A model generated the notes under the pieces. That model was not told the DNA's origin and did not search any database. It saw only the letters and a list, made by a program, of their open reading frames with translations. The position numbers and the translations under genes are program-made. Shown here one piece after another: positions 36,601 to 42,454 of a DNA stretch of 64,000 nt. The stretch's first letter is position 1; every line of letters begins with the position of its first letter. This stretch comes from Clostridia bacterium (lineage in GTDB: Bacteria > Bacillota > Clostridia > Christensenellales > CAG-314): positions 264 through 64,263 of the forward strand of contig CAAGHL010000060.1 of NCBI GenBank assembly GCA_900769665.1, in the 5' to 3' direction.

Positions 36601-38286
36601 CTTGGTGACAACGAAATCATATTCAACTGCGGTAGCATGAGCGCAAGTACGATAGTGGAAGGTATAGAAAAAGTTGTATCGAGTATCCGCATTGGCAAAA
36701 ATCCCAAGAAAATGAGCTACATTGCTGGTGAAACGTTCAACCGTGAGGAAATGGAAGTAATCGCCAACTATACCGACGGAACAAGCGAAATTGTGGACGA
36801 CAAGGAATTGGAAATAATCGGTGAAAGAATTTCCGAAGGTGAAAACGAAGTCATCATTTCGTACGGCGCATACAAGACTGCAGCTGTAGTAGTGCAAGGC
36901 GAGCCTGCACCGAGCGAAACTTATATTGTTAAGTTTGTTGACTATGACGGAAGTTTGATTTCCGAAAAAACCTATACAAGTGGCTCTTCAGTGAATGTGC
37001 CATCCAATCCTACAAGAAGTAGTGACAATACGTACAAATATACATTTAGCGGTTGGTCGCCTAATGTGGCGACGACATGTACGGCAAACGCTACGTACAC
37101 AGCGCAATACACGCAAACGTACATGGAGTATACCATTGTATTTGTGGGCGAAGACGGCAGAGAAATTGCTCGAAACACGTACCACTATGGTGATACCGTT
37201 ACAGCACCGGAATTGCCCGACAAAACAATTGGCGGAGTAAAGTATGTCGGTAGTTGGGATAGCGATTTTGTTGCTATATGTAACGGAAACAAGACTTACA
37301 CGGCAAAGTATACCAAGAGTGGTTCGGACGTCGGAGATGGTGAGTACGCGATAGTATTTAAGTACGATGACGGCACGATTATCGAAACTCAACATCACAA
37401 CTTTGGCGAAGATGTTGTTGCACCTATCAATGTGACAAAAGCATCCGACAATGTGTATAGTTACAAGTTTGTCGGTTGGGATAAGACTGTCAAAAACGTA
37501 TGTATAGCCAATGCGGAATACATTGCAGTGTTTGAGAAAATCTACATTGAGTATACGATTAAGTTCGTAGATTCGGACGGAACGATAATTTCGTCCAATA
37601 CATACCACTATGGCGATACCGTGACCGCACCTAAATTGCCCGACAAAACAATTGACGGCGTAAAATACGTCGGAAGTTGGGGTAGTGATTTTGTTGCTAT
37701 ATGTAACGGAAACAAGACCTATACTGCACAATATACAAAGAACGGTTCCGATAGTGGTTCTGGTGAGTATACGGTAGTGTTTAAGTATGATGACGGAACT
37801 ATTATCGAAAGTCAACATCACGATTTCGGTGATGACGTCGTAGCGCCTACCAATGTAACAAAAGAATCTGATAAAGTGTACAGCTACAAATTTGTCGGTT
37901 GGGATAAGACTGTCAAAAACGTGTGCATAGCCAATGCAGAATACATTGCAGTATTTGAAAAGGTGTATATCGAATATACAGTCGAATTTGTAAACTATGA
38001 CGGGACTGTTATTTCGTCCAAAACATATCATTACGGTGACGAACTGATTTTGCCTGAAGAGCCGACACGCGAAGATACTAAAAACACCGCCTACAAGTTT
38101 GTCGGTTGGGGAACTGTGCGTAGTTTGGTTGTGGACGACGTAACTTATACTGCTCAATATACAGAGTCGCCTATTGCCGAAAAAGGCGTAATGACAATAA
38201 AAACTTGGCTGTTTGTTGTAATTATCCTTGCCCTTGCAATATCCTTTATATGGGCATTGGTTTATACAATCAAGTGGGGATTATGA
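33613..38286 (+). CDS. Giant surface protein: signal peptide, MACPF pore-forming domain, GLUG/beta-helix region, Ig-like domains, Listeria-Bacteroides (Flg_new) repeats, C-terminal TM anchor
   Basis: MACPF core RYGTHLFTGLKWGGML (Y-G-T-H-x7-G-G) with N-terminal YGYNVTAGKS. GLUG motifs GGLVGNSKG, VGGLVGTASG and VGGFIGEAS. Repeats ending Y-x-Y-x-F-x-GW. Terminal hydrophobic helix WLFVVIILALAISFIWALVY. Confidence 0.85.
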   Translation: MTREKRTRVMAVAILAVVMVCSCIFAAFADGFGGNTANALSITQEEASQSYVDSLRYGYNVTAGKSIYEIDAFQDAAPILKPFSEGLYKYVNKREVNTKSDAGNYEANNALSIAKQYSRTLSGGIEANVRVVQADLNATFDLSNRFAKTYDEYYAVYYQEITRNTYVIMESVDLRDYLTDEFKSDMAKIKTETDASNFIQRYGTHLFTGLKWGGMLQVSNYQQTQSRTERISTDIALSAKIGNTIAANGSFSFAENVEAQENSSNKTSRYRCTLYGGKAVTSATVDQVFKYNSGELSGKGNYVYKEWVDSINENQNLAIIGRPDNARYVPVWDLLPDGTEYLAAKRCLRNAYTTLCGDQYDEFLKKYPTTSREIGESGVETGVGTIDGYTMTYAGNTSYNQLSKSATECSVYRGSTISMNCTTDTIPAGMKNWKVEGNPDWVEVVDSVSGIFRIKGNAIAGRTFNLQLYSGDTLAKDLGEIFVVKSASFSGGEGTEESPYILSTKEDLLTLSADSSLWEKSYRLSTDIDLENTSWSPLGVSDNLFGGTFDGNHCTISNVKINSPRDKAVGLFGYIDKNATIKDLFVNNVTIGYEDKQMLESDVSYAGGLVGNSKGTLENCLVDNLCINARCVISNSQNNLSVGGLVGTASGTIKQCGVRNCAIISGYLMDELVGDPNADANKVKDSINEFGKNPKTAIVYVGGFIGEASDCKISNCYVNSVAKLSSQAATYTTTVSVGGLCGYVGTSTKVDTSVVGEITKFLSSVVSNNSRKCKSSFVGDKTNTLEKDAVPTFSKCYAQKVDGIESGVDSGCTVLGEITWSAVVNENGLSKTIWCAEKGTQFPILIKQEIGTEALSYDVSKAKTEFYYGESFDIAGVSVSGTYRSSGEEIQLDVFSYDSSAYNPMQEGTYKIKIYAMGKETAYEVVVRKIKVVNIKVEAIDPSKTYYVDETIDVNDYKVSYVLEDGSLLDPTAEKLSYVQYPTGKIVADNTRYTYALGDNEIIFNCGSMSASTIVEGIEKVVSSIRIGKNPKKMSYIAGETFNREEMEVIANYTDGTSEIVDDKELEIIGERISEGENEVIISYGAYKTAAVVVQGEPAPSETYIVKFVDYDGSLISEKTYTSGSSVNVPSNPTRSSDNTYKYTFSGWSPNVATTCTANATYTAQYTQTYMEYTIVFVGEDGREIARNTYHYGDTVTAPELPDKTIGGVKYVGSWDSDFVAICNGNKTYTAKYTKSGSDVGDGEYAIVFKYDDGTIIETQHHNFGEDVVAPINVTKASDNVYSYKFVGWDKTVKNVCIANAEYIAVFEKIYIEYTIKFVDSDGTIISSNTYHYGDTVTAPKLPDKTIDGVKYVGSWGSDFVAICNGNKTYTAQYTKNGSDSGSGEYTVVFKYDDGTIIESQHHDFGDDVVAPTNVTKESDKVYSYKFVGWDKTVKNVCIANAEYIAVFEKVYIEYTVEFVNYDGTVISSKTYHYGDELILPEEPTREDTKNTAYKFVGWGTVRSLVVDDVTYTAQYTESPIAEKGVMTIKTWLFVVIILALAISFIWALVYTIKWGL
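37120..37965 (+). repeat. Near-identical 423-bp (141-aa) tandem duplication inside the MACPF gene
   Basis: Unit 1 (37120-37542) and unit 2 (37543-37965) encode YTIVFVGEDG...IAVFEKIYIE and YTIKFVDSDG...IAVFEKVYIE with only scattered substitutions. A diverged third unit follows. Confidence 0.9.
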
Positions 38287-40619
38287 GAACAGTATCTATT
38301 CTATTAAGTTGTATTTTGACAGCTTTGCTTGTGTTGGCTGCGTTTGTTCCCGTCGTCGCATTTAGTGACGACGGTGAGCAAACTTCGTCCGATCAACCGC
38401 TTACAAACGACGACATAAACATCTATTTCTATCCGTTGCATACTGACAGCAAAGGAAATTTGGTGCAAAGCGATGCGGAGGGCGACAGCTATATTATTAC
38501 TGTCGGTGATGTCGAAATACTTGTTGACGGCGGCTCGGACGTTAATGCGGCAACGGCAATCATGAGCCAAATGAAGAAGTTTGTTAGCACGGACAAACAC
38601 TGGGACTACATCATTGTCACGCATGCGGACTCGGATCATATAGGGGCGTTTACGGGCAAAAATGGTGGTATATTCAGTTTGTTTTCCGACGAACAAGAAG
38701 ATGAAAAACTATCACTTGGTACGTTAATCGACTTTGACATCGAACAAGACGAAACGGCGAAGGCAACATATCCACAGTATAACAGCTTATTTTCGACCAT
38801 TGTTTGTGATAAATACCGACAGTTTCGAGATTCGACCGTGAGAAACAAAAAAGCAACGTATTATACAGCTTCTCAATGTTGTTGGAAGCAACGCGGTGTC
38901 GAACGGTCAAAGTGCAAAAATGCAACGGACTATTTCCCTCTGTCGGACAAGGTTGCTTTGCGTATATTGTACAACAAATACAATGACAACAAGTTCAATC
39001 CCAACACCGATGTTAGCTCAGGTGATAAAAACAACTTGAGCGTTTGCTTTACGCTGGAGTATACCAAGGATAACGGCGTAGTGGAACAATTTTTGTTTAC
39101 AGGTGACTTGGAAGAGTACGACAGCACAAAGGGGTACAGTCAGATATTCGGTGAAACGGAACTTGTCAAAAACAATCCCCAACTTGCAGGCGGCAAGATA
39201 AGTGCTATGGCAAACAAAGAGTACGGCAATGGTGTGATTTTTTACAAGGCAGGACACCACGGCAGTAGAACATCGTCGTCGGAATCGTTTGTCGATGTTA
39301 TTCGCCCGAGATACGTTGTTATCCCTGCAGTTGCCGGTAACAATTCGTACAAACACGAGCCAAATTCCGACGAGTCGTTTCCTTCATCGGCGGTAATGAA
39401 AAACTTGTTTAAGTATACCGATTATATCTACATACCTGCCGTGGCGGAATACGACAGCAACGGAAACAAAACCAAAACAAACGATTACTATGGGTACATT
39501 ACCATAGGTTATTCGGGCGAAGAGTTGAACGTACTTACGTCAAACAATTGCGATGCGAACAATAAGCCGAGTTTGATACAGGATACCGAATGGTTTTCCG
39601 AGTACCGTGAGGCGGCGTTGAATACGTTTGTGTTTGACGGGTACAAATCCGAAACGGAAGCAATACTCGGCGACTGCACGTTGGTTAAGCTCGGGCACGT
39701 CGAGATACTGATCGATTGTGGCAACTGGGCAATGAACGGCGTTAGTGACGACAACACAATACTCATTGACAAAGTGAAGAAGTACTGCGTTGACGGCGTA
39801 TTGGAGTACGTTGTGATTACATCTCCGTATCGAAATGCTCTGTCGGGCATGGTGGATTACGTTGACGGAAATTCCAATGTTTTGCGGAAAGGAATTTTTA
39901 GCGAATTTAAGGTGGAAAACCTAATTGACTACGGAAAAGGCAACTACATTTCAAAACTGGGAAGTTTGCCTAAGTACGAAAAGTACACGAGTGACAAAGC
40001 AAATGTGGTTGACGAGGCGCATTACTACTCGGCGCAAAAATATTGCAAAACAACGCCTAAGACGTTGAATGTGGCTCCGAATTTGGATTTGACTATCCTT
40101 GCTAATCCCAATTGCGGCGACAATGACGAAGGAGCAGTGTCGTTGACGGTGGAATACTTCGGCAAAAAGCTTTTGTTTGTGGGTGGAAGGATAACAGAGG
40201 AAGGCGAAACGGCAATTGCTAGATACAACGACTTAAACAATGTCGTGTTTTACAGGGTAAACGATTACGGATTTGAACTCTGCGCTTCGCAAACGCTACT
40301 CAATGCAATCAATAGCGGTAGCGATAAGCTGTTTATCGTCGTAAACTCGATCGCCAACGGAGAGTACTCGGGCAAACAAATTGTAACAAACAATTTTTGC
40401 AGTAGAATTATCAACAAAACGCCATATTGCTATGTAACGACAGAACAAAAAACAGTTGGCGGACGTAAACAATACAGCGAGATATGCGGCGATATTTGCT
40501 TTTCTATTACAAATAAGGCAAATAAGCTGAGCTATTCGCTTGTTGGTAGTCGTAGTAATGTTATTCTATCTGAAAGTCAATACTTTAGAAATCTCAACCC
40601 GTTTGGGCGTTTTAATTAG
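38283..40619 (+). CDS. Secreted protein with two tandem ComEC/Rec2-type metallo-beta-lactamase-fold domains
   Basis: ATGA overlap with the MACPF stop, and a signal peptide. Domain 1 has GDSYIITVGDVEILVDGG, IIVTHADSDHIG and KAGHHGS. Domain 2 has GDCTLVKLGHVEILIDCG, but VITSPYRNALSG replaces the His motif. Confidence 0.8.
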   Translation: MRTVSILLSCILTALLVLAAFVPVVAFSDDGEQTSSDQPLTNDDINIYFYPLHTDSKGNLVQSDAEGDSYIITVGDVEILVDGGSDVNAATAIMSQMKKFVSTDKHWDYIIVTHADSDHIGAFTGKNGGIFSLFSDEQEDEKLSLGTLIDFDIEQDETAKATYPQYNSLFSTIVCDKYRQFRDSTVRNKKATYYTASQCCWKQRGVERSKCKNATDYFPLSDKVALRILYNKYNDNKFNPNTDVSSGDKNNLSVCFTLEYTKDNGVVEQFLFTGDLEEYDSTKGYSQIFGETELVKNNPQLAGGKISAMANKEYGNGVIFYKAGHHGSRTSSSESFVDVIRPRYVVIPAVAGNNSYKHEPNSDESFPSSAVMKNLFKYTDYIYIPAVAEYDSNGNKTKTNDYYGYITIGYSGEELNVLTSNNCDANNKPSLIQDTEWFSEYREAALNTFVFDGYKSETEAILGDCTLVKLGHVEILIDCGNWAMNGVSDDNTILIDKVKKYCVDGVLEYVVITSPYRNALSGMVDYVDGNSNVLRKGIFSEFKVENLIDYGKGNYISKLGSLPKYEKYTSDKANVVDEAHYYSAQKYCKTTPKTLNVAPNLDLTILANPNCGDNDEGAVSLTVEYFGKKLLFVGGRITEEGETAIARYNDLNNVVFYRVNDYGFELCASQTLLNAINSGSDKLFIVVNSIANGEYSGKQIVTNNFCSRIINKTPYCYVTTEQKTVGGRKQYSEICGDICFSITNKANKLSYSLVGSRSNVILSESQYFRNLNPFGRFN

Positions 40620-40722
40620 TGATGTGGGCGAAAGGAACGGTTGGTTTAGCGTTTGAAGCATATTTTTAGCCTAAATCCGCTAAAAAAGTGCAAAAAAATG
40701 TAAAAAAAATTCAAAATGGGTA

Positions 40723-40751
40723 TTGACATTCGGTAATACGGGTGTTATACT
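40723..40751 (+). promoter_or_regulatory. Near-consensus sigma-A promoter with extended -10
   Basis: TTGACA (40723-40728), a 17-nt spacer ending TGT, then TATACT (40746-40751). The predicted TSS coincides with the first P1 nucleotide of the riboswitch. Confidence 0.75.
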
Positions 40752-40757
40752 AGTCAT

Positions 40758-40825
40758 GGTTTATATAGGTTTGGAAAAATGGTAACAAACGTTTCTACCA
40801 ACTACCTCACAGTTGACTATAGACC
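40758..40825 (+). promoter_or_regulatory. Purine riboswitch aptamer, guanine/hypoxanthine class (C at the specificity position)
   Basis: P1 GGUUUAUA/UAUAGACC. J1-2 UAG. P2 GUUUG..CAAAC with an L2 ending AUGG. J2-3 GUUUCUAC, identical to B. subtilis xpt. P3 CAACU/AGUUG with L3 ACCUCAC. A-C precedes the P1 3' strand. Confidence 0.8.
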
Positions 40826-40878
40826 CCCTCCATGCCTTAGTTGATTTCATACCGAATCAAACTCCATAAAAAAGGAAG

Positions 40879-40909
40879 AACCGACGCTCCATCCGTCGGT
40901 TTTTCTTTT
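40879..40909 (+). terminator. Intrinsic terminator (riboswitch expression platform)
   Basis: AACCGACG-CUCCAUC-CGUCGGUU hairpin followed by UUUUCUUUU. Confidence 0.8.
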
Positions 40910-41068
40910 GCCTCGGGTTGCCCTTTGCCGCCCCATGGGAAATGCCCTTTTGCGACACCGACGTTAGTAAAATTAGCGGCAGTAGAAGTGCAAACCCCAC
41001 TCGCTGGTATACTTCGGCGCGCTTTTGCACAAAATCTACAAAAAATATTCAATATGCCACCAAAAAGC

Positions 41069-41097
41069 TTGACAAATATTTTGCGAAGGCGTATCAT
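41069..41097 (+). promoter_or_regulatory. Sigma-A promoter of tRNA-fMet
   Basis: TTGACA (41069-41074), a 17-nt spacer, then TATCAT (41092-41097). It lies about 38 nt upstream of the tRNA 5' end. Confidence 0.7.
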
Positions 41098-41134
41098 ATA
41101 TTAGCACTGTGAGAGCGGTGCGCATATTTTATAT

Positions 41135-41211
41135 CGCGGGGTAGAGCAGTCTGGTAGCTCATCGGGCTCATAACCCGAAGGTCGTTGGTTCAAATCCTTC
41201 CCCCGCAACCA
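41135..41211 (+). tRNA. Initiator tRNA-fMet (anticodon CAT), CCA-encoded
   Basis: 77 nt. The 5' CGCGGGG paired with a 3' CCCCGCAACCA end gives the C1:A72 mismatch. Three G:C pairs (GGG/CCC) flank the CUCAUAA anticodon loop. T-arm GGTTCAAATCC. The sequence is close to the E. coli initiator as I recall it. Confidence 0.95.
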
Positions 41212-41217
41212 TTAAAG

Positions 41218-41242
41218 AAGCAGTCTTCGGACTGCTTTTTTT
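41218..41242 (+). terminator. Intrinsic terminator after tRNA-fMet
   Basis: AAGCAGTC-TTCG-GACTGCTT hairpin followed by a T-run. Confidence 0.85.
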
Positions 41243-41340
41243 ATATCTATTCGGGTTATGCTTTGCCGCAAGGCAAAGGTTGCTCCTGAGCAACAGCCCG
41301 ATCGGGCTCCTAGTTGAGCCTTGGCGAAACCAACGTAGTT

Positions 41341-41384
41341 ATAACCCGAAGGTCGTTGGTTCAAATCCTTCCCCCGCAACCATT
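41341..41384 (+). repeat. 44-bp exact duplicate of the tRNA-fMet 3' half (att-like direct repeat / truncated pseudo-tRNA)
   Basis: ATAACCCGAAGGTCGTTGGTTCAAATCCTTCCCCCGCAACCATT is identical to 41170-41213. No matching 5' acceptor or D-arm lies upstream. Confidence 0.9.
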
Positions 41385-41415
41385 CGCGCGGCTCGTTAGG
41401 AGTCGCAAAAATAAG

Positions 41416-41442
41416 GAACGCAAAAACGGCGTTCTTTTTTTT
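41416..41442 (+). terminator. Intrinsic terminator after the partial tRNA copy
   Basis: GAACGC-AAAAACG-GCGTTC hairpin followed by T8. Confidence 0.65.
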
Positions 41443-41629
41443 GCTTTCATTACTTCGCGCGCTAAGGTTTCGGGAGTGCGGATGAACAACATATGTAGCG
41501 CTCCGCAACAAAATTTGGCATACGTATTGAATTTTTTATTACAACTTTTGAAGTTTTTATTTACAATTACACACGCAAAAATAGTCTGTGATGCCTACAA
41601 AAAACTTGAAATAACTCAGTTTTCACCTA

Positions 41630-41658
41630 TTGACAAATCAAAAATTTTATGATAGATT
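41630..41658 (+). promoter_or_regulatory. Sigma-A promoter of the LytTR/AgrC-like operon
   Basis: TTGACA (41630-41635), a 17-nt spacer containing TGa, then TAGATT (41653-41658). Confidence 0.55.
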
Positions 41659-41742
41659 TACTTTTGATTTTCAATGGAAGCGGTTTTGATGCGAAAAACG
41701 CATACTATTTATTGTTAAATGTGATAGAAAGAGAGGCAAAAA

Positions 41743-42453
41743 ATGAGAAATATTGCCATAGTAGAGGACGACAAAAATTCTTCCAAACTCCTTAGCGAGT
41801 ATTTGGATAAATTTTCAAAAGATCACGATTGCAAATTTACGACTTCGACTTTTTTTACTGCCGGTGACTACATCGAAAACTGTCGTTCAGGTTTCGATAT
41901 TGTCTTTATGGACATCGAATTACCTGACGGCAACGGCATGGAATCTGTCCGTCGCATACGTGAATTAGGCGTGGAATCGCTTGTGATTTTCGTGACTAAC
42001 CTTGCCAAGTATGCTGTTCAGGGCTACGAGGTTAAAGCTTTTGACTTTATCGTCAAACCTGTCAATTACTACAATTTCGAGCTGAAACTTTTAAGCGCAT
42101 TGGAGTGTCTCGACAAAAACGGCGACAAGGAGTTTTGGGTAAAAACAAAAGAAGGAAAAGTGATTTTGCGTGGTTCCGATATTACTTACGTTGAAGTTTT
42201 GCGGCACTATTTGACCTATCATACAAAAAACGGAGATTATTCCGTATTAGGATCAATCGGCGAAGCTGCGGAACTTTTGAAGGAATGTAGATCTTTTGTC
42301 TTTTGTAATAGGTGTTACTTGGTTAATCTCCGTTATGTTACGCAGATTAAAAAGTCGACTGTGACCGTAGCGGGGCAGGAGTTGCAAATTTCCAGACAAA
42401 AGAGAGCAAATTTTTTGAAAGAACTCAACGATTACTTCGGCGGAGGAAAATAG
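41743..42453 (+). CDS. LytR/AlgR-family response regulator (REC + LytTR DNA-binding domain)
   Basis: REC motifs (IAIVEDD, DIVFMDIELPDGNG, FVTNLAKYA) and a C-terminal LytTR-like region (ITYVEV...CNRCYLVNLRYV). Confidence 0.9.
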   Translation: MRNIAIVEDDKNSSKLLSEYLDKFSKDHDCKFTTSTFFTAGDYIENCRSGFDIVFMDIELPDGNGMESVRRIRELGVESLVIFVTNLAKYAVQGYEVKAFDFIVKPVNYYNFELKLLSALECLDKNGDKEFWVKTKEGKVILRGSDITYVEVLRHYLTYHTKNGDYSVLGSIGEAAELLKECRSFVFCNRCYLVNLRYVTQIKKSTVTVAGQELQISRQKRANFLKELNDYFGGGK

Positions 42454-42454
42454 T

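Noticed and set aside
36988-38157. 389-aa minus-strand ORF inside the MACPF gene, and similarly 36190..36897 (-)
   Set aside because: It lies entirely antisense to the repeat region of a well-supported + strand gene. It mirrors the internal repeats and has no start context.
40837-41112. Three overlapping 64-87-aa ORFs between the riboswitch and tRNA-fMet
   Set aside because: They span the riboswitch terminator and the tRNA promoter, lack RBSs and have no protein-like features. The region is better explained by RNA and regulatory elements.
41212-41652. ORFs 41212..41511 (-) and 41314..41652 (+)
   Set aside because: They overlap the partial tRNA copy, two terminators and the LytTR promoter. 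They have no RBS.
41680-41709. Possible AgrD-like micropeptide (MRKTHTIYC) upstream of the LytTR regulator
   Set aside because: It is only 9 codons with a weak RBS. The Cys is C-terminal, so no thiolactone tail is possible, and there is no AgrB partner. It lies downstream of the predicted promoter as part of the 5' leader, so it is probably fortuitous.
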